Below, in pieces: positions 13,372-24,943 of a stretch of 64,000 nucleotides of DNA (position 1 is its first letter; every line of letters starts with the position of its first letter). The notes beneath the pieces are model-generated. The model made no database searches. It saw only the letters and a program-made list of their open reading frames with translations, and was not told the origin of the DNA. The stretch lies in NCBI GenBank assembly GCA_026914245.1, contig CP110439.1, forward strand, positions 1,550,001 to 1,614,000, given 5' to 3'. This DNA comes from Puccinia triticina (taxonomy: Eukaryota). The translations under genes and the position numbers were made by a program.

Positions 13372-14151
13372 CCAGTGCTAGGCCGGCAGCAGTTCGGGGA
13401 GGGGAATGGAAAAAGAAATGAGTAGCTTTGCGTATGCCCTCCGGAATGATTGTCCGAAAAGGAGCGCTGAGAGTCGTGTAAGCGTGGGGGGGGGGGGTTG
13501 ATTTTACGACGGCTAGAGATGCGCGTTGGCGGGTTTTGTTTTGAGAGGAAGCCGGGGATACTGCCGGCGGAGTTGTGATCTAAACCAGAGAAGTGGAGGA
13601 GATCGGCGTTGAGGGAATAAGCTCAGAAGACGTGTGAAAATGCGGGCGAAAAGGCGCCAAGACAATAACTTAAACTTTGATGGAGGGCTGAAAATTACGG
13701 TTCAAAGTAGGTCCATGCCGCTCCAAAGCCTGAGTTCAAACTGAACTCAAACCTTGGAGTTGGTGACATGTAGCAGACCTCTCATCACAACCTAGCGCGC
13801 ACGCGCGCGCTACAACAAACAAAACAAGGAAAAAGAAACAGGACAGAACCAGGCAGAAACAAAACAAAACAAACAACCCTCCTCATCCAAACCTGACCAA
13901 CGCGCGCAAAAAGAAAAGCAAATAACAAATATGATGAAAGAGAAAATAAACAGGGAACAAGGCCATGAAAACAGAAACAAAAAGAAAGAAGGAAAAAAAA
14001 CCTGAAATGCCTTGAGGATGCGCGCCACGCCGCGCCGTTGAACCTGAGGAAATCTTGAGGGCTGAGATCTTGAGTCCTGACATCTCCCAGCGCGCCATGC
14101 GCGGCAAAAAAAAAGCTTGATTCCTCCGCGTGTACCAATTTGTCCACCACA
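13372..14151 (-). repeat. 3' LTR of element C, lacking its terminal ~13 bp
   Basis: Matches 21667-22442; the plus-strand end TGAGGAACTCTGG is absent. Confidence 0.9.
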
Positions 14152-14342
14152 TCCACCCACGACTTGCAGTCTGTCCCTAGACTGCTCGTCCTGTGTCCTT
14201 TCCTAAAAAAAAATCCAAGTGCCTAAAGAGAGAAAGAAGGAAACAACCAGGCGCGTCCTCAGTGCTCACGAGCGTGGCAAGAAGTAGAGTTTCAACGAGA
14301 CGCGGTAGTAACTACCCGGGAGGTGCACACTTGGAGAGGAAC

Positions 14343-17300
14343 TTACTTGTGGTCAGCAATGTCCTCCCGGGAAAAGAACCTCTTCACCTGATCTGCGGCG
14401 AACCGACGCTTGAGCTCCGTGCCGTAGAGTTCCGCCAGGACATAAGACCCGCCCTGAACCTGCTTCACAACCGGGTAGGGGCCGTTCCACTGATGAGCAA
14501 ACAACTGACCCCACTGAATTTCGAGTGACTGGTTATACACGAGGACCTGATTGCCTGGCTTGAGTGGTTCTCGAATCCGTGACGCCTTCTTTTCTTCCCA
14601 GTACCGCACGGATTCGCCTCTTGCATCCATCATCCTCTCGTACGCGACACCGCGCGTCTCCTCGCTGCGTTCCAACTGAAGAGAGCGCGCCGCCAGCAGG
14701 TCCGCAGTGTCCTTGACTGAATCCCAATCGACTCCTAGATAGGACTCCAGTTCCAAGTCCAAAGGCAGGACGGCCCGCTGGCCAAACACGAGCTCGTAGG
14801 GGGAATAGCCGGTGGTGCGCTTAGTCGAGATCCGATCGGCGAACAAAACCAGGGGCAGGAATTTGCGGCAATTCTTTCCGCTCTCACCTGCCAATTTCAC
14901 CAAAGCCGCCTTAAGAGGTCCACGGCCGCGCTCCACCATCCCTTGTCCCTCGGGGTAGTAAGGAGTGGACACGCGGTGCTGGCCGGGCAGAGCGCGCAAC
15001 ATCGTAGCCAGAGCACCGCCAAATTCTGAGCCGCCGTCCGTTGAGTAAGCTTGAGCCAATCCATAGCGCATAGTCCAGTGTTCTTGCAAAAATGCAGCCA
15101 CCGCTTCTGACGTCAAATTATTAAGGATCTTGGCTTCGACCCACCCGGAGAAATCATCACGCGCCACTATCAGGTACTTAGCGCCGCCGGCTTTGAGATG
15201 TACGGCGTCCATCGATACGCGCCCAAAAACAATCGACTCCCCCGTAGGATAGCGCAAATCCTGCGGGCGTCGGAGGTCCTTTTTCTGGCACGCCTCGCCT
15301 CACAGCTGCGGCACCACCTGACAACCGCCTCCTTTAACGACGGCCACCAAAAGCGCTCAGCTACCCGTCGATACGTCTCCGTGGAGCCCCTATGGCCCAA
15401 GTCCTCGTGAAGCTTAGTCAGTATCTCCTGCTGCTTTGTTGGGATGGTCACTACGATACGAGGTAGGGGACTTCCCCTCTTCATCAGTCTTCCGGCTTGT
15501 AGGAAGAAATCCGACGACCGGCGCTTCAGTGCGCGAAACTCCTTAGCGCCCATCCCGTCCGGCTTGATCAGCGTCGCTAGAAAGCGCTCCAGGCCACGCC
15601 AATAACCTTGCTGAAACCCTGAGTACGCCTCCTCTGCGCCCAAAGCATAAGAGTGCCGTGCCTTGACATGTGATGCTTCATCGTCGAAATCTGAGGGGGG
15701 GTCCGATTCATCATCTCCTTGAGGCCGCCTAGAAAGTCCATCCGGCATAGTGAAAGATTTGCCCGGCCTATGTACGATATCAAACGAGAATAGTTGAATA
15801 AATGCTACCCAACGCGTCATAGGTGCGTTGGGGAGACTCGGCGCATTTATCATCTCAATCAGAGAGTGAGCATCCACCTGCAGTTCGAAATGCTGGCCCC
15901 CCAAGACTGTTTGCATCTTCTTGAGGATCCGAGCCACGCCGCAAAGCTCAAGCTTGGGCTGGGAATACCGGGATTCGACATTGGAGGACAAAAGGGACTC
16001 GTAAAGAGCGGGCCTGTCGCGTCCATTCGCGTCTTCTTGCGTGAGAACCGCACCTGCTGCGTGAAAGCTTGAATCCACAGCTAACTTGAGCTTGCCGGCG
16101 TCTGGACCATACATGATCTTCACCAAAACTATGTCCTCGCCAACGATAACCTTCAACCGTTCGAAGGCCTCGTTGCAGTCTTTGGTCCAATCCCATTCTG
16201 AGTCCTTCCGCATCAAGCGCCTCAACGGGAGACAAATCTCGGACAAGTGAGGTATAAAAATCCGCACGTAGACCACCACGCCCAAAAAACCGCGCACTTC
16301 TGTAGGATTTACCGGTGTGGGCCATGAGAGAATTTTATTCACCTTTGTCCTTGCCATTTTTTGACCTTCCTTGCACACCACATGTCCCACAATCTCGAGC
16401 GCAGGGACACACGCGGCCAGCTTCGAAGCTGAAACAGTTAATCCGGATTCCTCAATGCAGAAAAGAATCCGCTCGAGGGTCGTAGCGTACTCCCAGATAA
16501 AGCGTTGAATTCCGGAGTGCCAAGAAAGGGGCTCATTGTCGTAATCAGAAACAGGTCCTTTGATACCCCCGTCGTCTATGAAAATGCCAGCATGGTCGGG
16601 GATTTCATCCTGTAGTATCCAGACCATCTGCGCCTGGTAGACGGCCACAGAGTTAGTAGCACCCTGTGGAAGGCGCGTGAGCTGAAAGCGTCCCAGTGGC
16701 GTGTCAAAAGTCGTTAGGGGTCTAGAAATGGGGTCCAAGGCACGCTCGTCGTAGCCGCCCATGATGTCACCTAAGCCGTAGCAGGCCCGCCCTGCAAAGG
16801 ACTCGACGAATTCCTCCGTGGCCGGCGGGATGCCCGCATCCTTAATAGTCACTTTGTTGAGTGGCTGGAGGTCGTGAACAACGCGTATTTTGCCGTTGCT
16901 TTTCAGGACGCAAAAGACCGGACTAGTGTAGCTTGAGGTCGATTGCTCGTACGATCCTGTCTCAACGCGCTCCCGGATAACTCGGACGTATTCCTCGAGC
17001 TTAGCGGCCGGAATCGGAATCCGCTTCTTCTGCCAGGGCTCGTGTTCCACTACAGGAATGATGTAGGGTAGCACATATGACTCTTTCAACAAGCCCCTTT
17101 CGCGCTCTGTGAAAGCGATAGACAAGTTCCGCTCGGCTAAGACGTTCTTGATGACATTCAGTTCGTCGGGGTATAGCCATCCAGCCGGGCCAAAATTCAC
17201 GACCTTCAAACACTCTTCCGTCACGCGTCCCTTAGAAACAAAGGGCCCCGCCATGGATCTGGGCAGCTCGCGGTACGGGTCTCTAGACAGCGGCGGCCTT

Positions 17301-17577
17301 CGTAACGGCGGATTGATTTCTTGAGGCATTGGCTGGTTAACTGGCTTGACTTTCCTGGCCACGGGCTTATATTTTGCTGCAAAGGACAAGCAAGCTCCTT
17401 CGCGCCACAAGTCCACCAGTGCTAGTTGAGTGCGCAAACCGAGTCCAGCCTCAAGCAAACACCACGTCCTATGCTCCTTGAGTCCCTCGAAAGCAGCCTT
17501 TTCTGAATAGGAGAAACCAAAAGGGCGTCCATTGCTCACGTATGTGGCACGAGGTAGGGCTTCGACTAGGTTGGTAC
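14343..17577 (-). pseudogene. pol: Element C pol (RT, RNase H, integrase), frameshifted at the integrase zinc finger
   Basis: ORFs 15170-17539 and 14343-15257 with KYKPVARKVKPV, FIDD and WNGPY; 5-nt duplication at ~15291-15300. Confidence 0.92.
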
Positions 17578-18390
17578 ATCACGCCTCGGAGGTGCACATT
17601 GGGAGGAACTTACTTTTACTCCAAATGGCCTCCAAGGTGGTGCAAAACTAACCTCTCCTCCTTCGATCGCCAAAGTCCAATGAAATAGTTTAACCTCATT
17701 ACAGAGGGTCTTTAGTTTTCCCTCGTCGCGGAGGCTCGGGAGTTTAGGCTCATCGCGGAGCTGAACTAGATTAATCTCGTTGCGGAGGACGCCATAGGAC
17801 GTATCTAGTTTATCCTCGTTCAGGAGACTAGATTCGTGACTTAGTTTATTCTCTTTACGGAGACTAGTAGGAGTCAAAACCGGCGCTAGTTTTTCCTCAT
17901 TGCGGAGGCATACTTGATAGGGCGCGAGGCCAACTGGAATAGGGAAGCGAAGCGGATCGGCAGAAGGGCTCACATGTGTGGCATGTAATGTTTTCGACGA
18001 CTTAAGAGCATCACGCCCGGAGGTGCACAATTGGGAGGAACTTACTTTTGGTTCTCCCTGCCTCCGCGAGCATCCATTCTCCTCCTTTCCATTCTTCGCT
18101 ATTATGACTGCGCCCGAAGCGCCGGAAACTTGAAAGGGCCTGAGAGAAGCTTGAGGAAGCAGACGAAAGCTGCCGGAAAGAGATGAATCGACTGAAGGAA
18201 CTGTTTTTGCTGAGTTTTGAGTATTTTTCGATTGTTTTTCGGATTTCGTCGGTTGATTTTCTTGGTGATAATGAGAGGACAAAGAGAAATAGGGCCTTTG
18301 AGTTCCTAGAGGCGAAGTTGATCCAGCGGCGAGATTTCGGAACCCTAAATTAGATCTGCCGCCTCCCGGATCAACCGTGTCTACAAAAAA
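17566..18390 (-). CDS. Element C linker ORF between gag-PR and RT, in the -1 frame
   Basis: Open from the TTTTTTG heptamer to the TAG at 17566; contains seven LRxExKL-like repeats. Confidence 0.6.
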   Translation of the reverse strand, partial: FFVDTVDPGGGRSNLGFRNLAAGSTSPLGTQRPYFSLSSHYHQENQPTKSEKQSKNTQNSAKTVPSVDSSLSGSFRLLPQASLRPFQVSGASGAVIIAKNGKEENGCSRRQGEPKVSSSQLCTSGRDALKSSKTLHATHVSPSADPLRFPIPVGLAPYQVCLRNEEKLAPVLTPTSLRKENKLSHESSLLNEDKLDTSYGVLRNEINLVQLRDEPKLPSLRDEGKLKTLCNEVKLFHWTLAIEGGEVSFAPPWRPFGVKVSSSQCAPPRRDVPT

Positions 18391-21363
18391 TGACGGCTCT
18401 CCAACGGGTCATCACGAGCCTTTCCTTTATGAGAAAGGACCGCTTTACGTCCGTGGCCGGGAAAGTCTCGCTCCCAGCGCCCGGAATCAACTGAGCATAA
18501 AGAGACCTCAATCTTGCGGCCAGTCGAATCTGGTAGAAGGATCCTCTCGCCGACTTGATTGTCGAAATTGAGAGAAGCATTGAAGTCTGTCAGACACTGA
18601 GACACTAAGTCCATGTGTCTAAAATGTTTAGTACATGTCTTATAACCTAATGGTTAAAGACTTCTTTAATAATTGACTCTTGTACATGAAGTCAAGAGTT
18701 CAATTCCCTGTCATTACATTAATTATGTACCTTTTCTTCCTATGTACTATTATTATGTACTTATTACATATTTCACATTCTTTTGAATATGTAATTAACC
18801 TCATTTCACACTGATTACATATTTGTACATACAGAGAGAGATAATCTTATCTCTCTGTGTATTTATCCTGATTAAGCTCAAAGTATGTACAAATGGGGAG
18901 ATTACATACCCATTTATGTAAATCCCCTTCTGAATTCCGTGATCACTCCTCCTTGGAGTTAAGGATCCCTCAGGACCTTGACTCGAAGGAGGGAGCTGAT
19001 CCCTGCAATATAAAAAGGGAGGTCTCTCACCTGTAGAGATTCTCCCACCTAGATTATTGCCATACAAACCCGTGTACCTTACTGAAAATACAGTGAGTGG
19101 GGTTTTTACATAGTCTACTAACCATCTTCTTCCTTTACAGCCCTTTCTCTCTCTTCGTGTATCTCTACCCTAGGTACAGGTGTTATTATCACACCTGTAA
19201 CCTAGAAGATAAGTGAGTCCCTCCTTATACCGCAATGGTGCTTGGCTTGATTTTCGCCGCGTCCCCTTACTCACGTAAGGGTGCCAGTCCCTCCGCCTCT
19301 CGGCGTTGAGTTGGACTTTATTCCACTGGCTTTCCAGCTATAGTGTGACCATTCTCCGCTTGCCACTACTTCTCCGCCGCGGCCCGCGAGCTAAAACCCA
19401 TCAGAGTTACGTCACATAAGAGACGAACCCTGACAAAGTCCATGAGAAAAGGTCGACCAAAAATGAGCGGCCCGTCCATGCGCGTGATCCAGAAGTGACA
19501 CGAGCCAACGATTGTCTTCCCCACTCGGATTGGAACATCCTCCGCAACCCCTACAAGTTCACACGCCTGGTTTCCAATCCCGTACACCGCGGAGCTAAAA
19601 TTCACGCGCGGGCTGATATTAAACTTATTAGCCATGGAATCAGAGATTAGGTTCAACTGGGAACCAGAGTCGATTAGCGGAAGGGCGTTACTCTCCTCGT
19701 CGCTGACCAAGCACGGCATGTAACCCAATGGGCAAGAGTAAAGCCTCATTCCATCAATCCGCCCTTCTCCCTCTGAATCCTCCGCCAAGGTCCCGGACGC
19801 CACCTTCATCTCCTCTGCACCGACCTCGACGCGCCGCCGAGAGACCCACTTCTTCATTCCTTCCGCAACCAAAGGAGCCACCGCCAAAAGCTCCGAAACC
19901 GTGACGTTCGGCACCAAGACGTCAAACACTTTTTTAAGTATCACTTCCGCCGCATTGGGGTGGTCCTTGGAGATGCCACGCTCAAAGCGCACCTTGGGGG
20001 ACGACGGGGTCGCCTTAGGCGTCGGCGGTGCGGCTGGGCTGTCTTTTGTCGTGTCTTGCGGAGAAGGAGCCGTAGGCACCCGCTCGAACAAATCGGGTTC
20101 AGCGTCCATCTCGTCCGTGTCTGACCCCGCTTTCGGGGCCGGAGCCTTTCGCATCGGTCGCCGCGCCACAGAAGGGGGAAAAACAGGAGCTTTGAAGGGC
20201 TTAGAGGCCTCGCGCTTCTTCTTTGCGGGATCCGACTGGTACGTTCCCGAAAACGACTGAGAAGAAATTGAGGGTGGTTGCCAGGGGTCTAGGGAACCGC
20301 ACGCCGCTCGAAACTCTCGCTCCGGAACACTAGCTGACGCCGCCTTAGGGTTATAAGAGGCAACTACATGCCGGATAGGCCTCGAGTTGTCGACCGGGAT
20401 AAGCGCACCATTTGGAAGGAAAAAACTTCCTCCGCGTTGCTCGACCAGCTTAGCTTCCTTATCCTTTTGCAACTCTGCGCATCGACCGAGCCCATGACCC
20501 TCCCTATGGCAGTAATAGCACACCATGGGTCCTCGAGGAGTCGACGGTCTCGCCTGTGCCGCGAATTTCTGCTCCAAGCGTTGCTCGAATGACTGAAGCA
20601 TGCGTTCAATGTCGTCCATAGTCGCTGGGGATCTGGCTTGCGAAGGCGCCTCTTTCGGACGGCGGTCGGACTTGATCTTTTGCATGACCTCGTTAGACTG
20701 TTTGAAAAGCCCTGCGGGAACCGGAATTTCAGCGCGAGAATCTTCAAACGTGAGAGCCGTCTGGTTCCTCATAACTTCCTCCACAGCCTTCTTCATAATC
20801 TCAAACGTTGGTAGTTTGAACCTGTTATCCTGAGTCGTTATCATGGTCTTGTCCTTAATAAGTTGATCCCGAATACGCTCCTGTAGACCTAGCGAGAATG
20901 ACTGATAATAGAGTCTCTTGATTTCCTCCACAGAATCGATGTGGTCCTTGCGCAAAAGACACGACTGGATAGGTTGCCAAGACTTTCGGAAGTCCTGAAA
21001 GTCCACTACCGACTGCACTCCTCCTTTATCCTTCCACGCCTGTACCAGCTCCTCCAGATGCCGAGTGGTAAAGCGAGCTGTATCTATTTTTCCCCAGTGG
21101 GAGAGCATCGCCGCTTTCAAGAGAGTCCAATTTGGGGGTTCGAAACCGTCCAAAGTCTCGACCACGTCCTTGACTTCAGCCGTGCGAATGAAAAACCGCA
21201 CCTGCTGAGCCATGTCGGCCTCAGAAGCGCCATCAAGTCTTGCAGCCAACTGGTAATTGGCCAGGAATCTCTCCACATTAGAGCCATCAAAGCCTAGGGA
21301 CTTATCCTGAGGCTTAATCTTAACCATCCAAACACCAGATGTTCCTGCCGCCGGTTCTGCCAT
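18381..21363 (-). CDS. gag: Element C gag-protease ORF, interrupted by a solo LTR
   Basis: CYYCHREGHGLGRC zinc knuckle, LIDSGSQLNLI protease and IFGRPFL. Removing the solo LTR rejoins ...FLMDF to NASLNF...RHFL*. Confidence 0.9.
18588..19435. mobile_element. Solo LTR (848 bp)
   Basis: TGTCAG...CTGACA termini and a perfect 5-bp TSD AAGTC (18583-18587, 19436-19440). Confidence 0.92.
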
Positions 21364-21600
21364 CTCGCTGGCCGATTTGATTGATAATCTGAAAAAGGAA
21401 GCGAGGCGAAATCGGGAGGCTCACGAAGTGGCAAAGTAATGCTTTCGACTATGTAGTAGGAGCCCTCGGAGGTGCACGATTGGAGGAACTTACTTTTATC
21501 CTCTTCTGCCTCCGCTGCTGAACACACAAAGAAAGGAAAAAACTAAATAAAAAAAAAAAAAAAAAAAAGACCGCCAAGCGTCTCGAAACCGTCCAAATCG

Positions 21601-21651
21601 GCGAGACTGTAAATCTTGAGGTCGCTGGTTCGATCCCGGCTCGGGGGACCA
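21601..21651 (+). tRNA. 3' two-thirds of mature tRNA-Tyr(GTA) with CCA; its complement is the extended PBS of element C (not a complete gene)
   Basis: Anticodon arm CGAGA-CTGTAAA-TCTTG, variable AGGTC, T arm GCTGG-TTCGATC-CCGGC, then TCGGGGG-A-CCA. It lies 2 nt from the LTR, and there is no D arm. Confidence 0.88.
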
Positions 21652-21653
21652 AA

Positions 21654-22442
21654 TGAGGAACTCTGGCCGGTGCTAGGCCAGCAGCAGTTCGGGGAGGGGA
21701 ATGGAAAAAGAAATGAGTAGCTTTGCGTATGCCCTCCGGGATGATTGGCCAAAAGGGAGCGCTGAGAGTCGTGTAAGCGTGGGGGGGGTTGATTTTACGA
21801 CGGCTAGAGATGCGCGTCGGCGGGTTTTGTTTTGAGAGGAAGCTGGGGATACTGCCGGCGGGGTTGTGATCTAAACCAGAGAAGTGGAGGAGATCGGCGT
21901 TGAGGGAATAAGCTCAGAAGACGTGTGAAAATGCGGGCGAAAAGGCGCCAAGACAATAACTTAAACTTTGATGGAGGGCTGAAAATTACAGTTCAGAGTA
22001 GGTCCATGCCGCTCCAAAGCCTGAGTTCAAACTGAACTCAAACCTTGGAGTTGGTGACATGTAGCAGACATCTCATCACAACCTAGCGCGCACGCGCGCG
22101 CTACAACAAACAAAACAAGGAAAAAGAAACAGGACAGAACCAGGCAGAAACAAAACAAAACAAACAACCCTCCTCATCCAAACCTGACCAACGCGCGCAA
22201 AAAGAAAAGCAAATAACAAATATGATGAAAGAGAAAATAAACAGGGAACAAGGCCATGAAAACAGAAACAAAAAGAAAGAAGGAAAAAAAACCTGAAATG
22301 CCTTGAGGATGCGCGCCACGCCGCGCCGTTGAACCTGAGAAAATCTTGAGGGCTGAGATCTTGAGTCCTGACATCTCCCGGCGCGCCATGCGCGGCAAAA
22401 AAAAAGCTTGATTCCTCCGCGTGTACCAATTTGTCCACCACA
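21654..22442 (-). repeat. 5' LTR of element C (789 bp)
   Basis: TG...CA termini; matches 13372-14151 with a few percent differences. Confidence 0.93.
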
Positions 22443-24502
22443 CCGGGACGTTGGGAAACATCACGTTCCCAGGGAAGAGATCCCGATCACGCCTCATGAT
22501 AAGCAATGTAAATCTAGCAGAGGAGGAAAGGAAGGTAGTCAGGGTACATAGAACTGGGGCTCAGCGAGAATAGGGACACTTACGCCTGAAGTTCTACAAA
22601 GCTCTTCTCCCGAATGGCTTCTAACTGATCATCTATCAGGTCCCATTGAGACCTCGTGTCCCCAGGGGCACGGTGTAGAAGATGATGGACTGTCAATAAC
22701 CAGAGCATGGCGATGCGCACGATGACTCCAGAGTTGATATCTCCCCTTATGTTGTCTGGACCTTGCAATATCCCCCTTGGCTGGAACGAGCGCTCAATAG
22801 AGACAATTAGTTCAAACAGCTTTGGGACCGGCCCAAGCTCACGAGGCCGCGAGTCTTGTCAAACATTTGACAAGAGCTAAGAGGATCAATATCAGAGATC
22901 AGCCAATTTACCAAGACAACGAGACAAAAAGATAACCGAGACAAAAAAAAAGATACAGAAAGTACTGACCAAGTTGTGCATGTGAGTTCGCTCATGCTTG
23001 ACCATTCCGCGCAAGAAGGTTGCGAGGCCCGCCATGGCTTCGTGATTGTGGGGAATCCCCGCGGGAAGGTGTTGTCTCCGGAAAGCTGGAGACTGCTCTA
23101 ATATGTAGCTCTGCAGCGCAATCAAAGATAACATCAGCGCGCAGTGTTGAGTTAAAAAAACTTGTGCTTACTTTGATTAAGGGCAGTGGCGAGTGCACAG
23201 AGATTTGCCCATGTGCCAATTGTGCCCGGCTGTACTATTCAAGTGTGCTTCGCATGAGGATCTCTTGGATCCTTTGACGCACTCGGGTCTGTTTAGGGAA
23301 GGGAAACTGGTCAGCTTCATTGACCCTTGTGGAGAATATGATGACTTACACGGAAAACCTGGGAATAAACATATGGGCGGGGTCAGCTGCGGCGGGTAAT
23401 GCAGCAGTGAGGCGGCGTTGGGTCAACCACATGACAACTTGTAGTTGCCAGCGGGTTTCCTCGGGGGCCTGAGCAATACAGCAGCTTGGGTAAGTGAGGT
23501 TCTCTATTCACACAGGAAAAGGAAAGAGAAAACTTACGTTGAATAGTTGCTGCACTAGCTGAAGGTCTGTATCCAACAGCTGCGCAGATGCGAGCATGGA
23601 ATCAACAAGTGGGTGGTTACCCACTGGGGGAGCACGACGAGGAGGGGCGGGGACTGCAGCAGCTGGACGATGGTCGGCACGTGATGCGGGCGTTTGCAGG
23701 GGTTGGTGGACAGCTGTGTATGGTTGCGGCGGTTGGTGGACAGGTTGCGGGGTTGGGCGGATCACAGCTGAGGGGGTTTGAGCGAGAGGAGGGGGAAGCT
23801 CCTGGGCATCACTTGGAACGGTGATATGTGGAGGACCTCGGGGCGGCGGCGGCCGGATGAATCTGTCCATGCTACCATAATTACTATAAGCCTCGTCATC
23901 GGAGGTCGATGCACGTACCTTGTCCACCAGGCTCTCATCTTCGGACATGAGTTCTGGTTGAGGAATGGGGGGCCCATGGTGGATGATTGGATTTGGGGGG
24001 GGGGGGGGGGGGCGGATTGTTGGCGAGTCGCCTTGTAGTGACGCTGGGGGTTTGACTGTGCCCTGCAGAATATGCCTCGATGTCAATGACCAAGGGAGGG
24101 GAGGATTAATGCACGTCAGGACAACCTCTTACCGGTATGAGGTCCTGTACTGTTGATTATCCGACTAGGGGTGATGACGGGTGCACGTGTGGGGGTGGGT
24201 CCAATGGTAGGAGGAGGCATAGGGCCTCCTGATTCTCCCGACTGGCCTCCTGTGTCGGTGATGATGCGGCTGGGCGTAATATTGGGTGTGTCGGTGATGA
24301 TGCGGCTGGGCGTAATATTGGGAGTGCCTAGAAAGTGATCAATACTCAATAATCAGTATTGTGATCATCCATCGAGACACTAGCTGTAAGAAGGGGACTA
24401 ACCTCCGGTTCGCACTTGAGTCATGCGGGTGATAGCCTGACTGGATGGGCGACGAGTTTGCTTCACTCGTGTGGCAGGGCCTGGGGGATGGGCTTGTGGC
24501 AT
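22443..24502 (-). pseudogene. Intron-containing hypothetical gene of the DNA transposon, cut by element C; its 3' end lies at ~11560-11740
   Basis: ATG at 24502 (MPQAHPPG); exon-like ORFs separated by GT..AG gaps; divergent from the transposase. Confidence 0.55.
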
Positions 24503-24943
24503 GTCTTCAACAATGGGGGTAGGTTGCGGGGGAAAATGGGAAGGTACTTGACTTGACACTTGTCTCATGTTTGTGGCTGCGTGGAAGTAGATGCTGGTCG
24601 TTGTACCAAGTTGGATGGGTTAGGGTGGCTGTGGGGAGGTAAGGAGCATCAGTTGACCAAGGGGGCCCTTAAATATACATTATGTGTTGGCGTGTGGGCC
24701 GCCCTTGCCAGAGTCCAATCTTTCTGCCGTTCACCCTGTAAGAGAGAGCCCTTCCATGAGTGACAGCAGGAGTTTGGCCCTGCAAGTTGATCAAAGAGGT
24801 AAATTAAACCGTTCATTTTTAGTTTATGTATCATACGGTTCTTATTTGAAAACGCTCACCTATTATATGACTGGAAAGTTTATGCGCCAGCTCCTTCTAT
24901 CGATTTCCGGCAAAAATGGGTCTGCAGGTTTTGTGGTGGTTGG

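Larger units (their letters stand above)
13372..22442 (-). mobile_element. Ty3/gypsy LTR retrotransposon C, near full length
   Basis: Two LTRs, PBS, gag-PR, linker ORF, RT-RH-IN and PPT. Confidence 0.95.

Noticed and set aside
21419..21497. Repeated cassette as a hammerhead or HDV-like ribozyme (GTCGAAA, TTCCTCC)
   Set aside because: No CUGANGA core and no consistent stems across the five copies; splice signals explain the ends better.
21570..21651. Functional tRNA-Tyr gene
   Set aside because: The 5' acceptor strand and D arm/A-box are absent and CCA is encoded.
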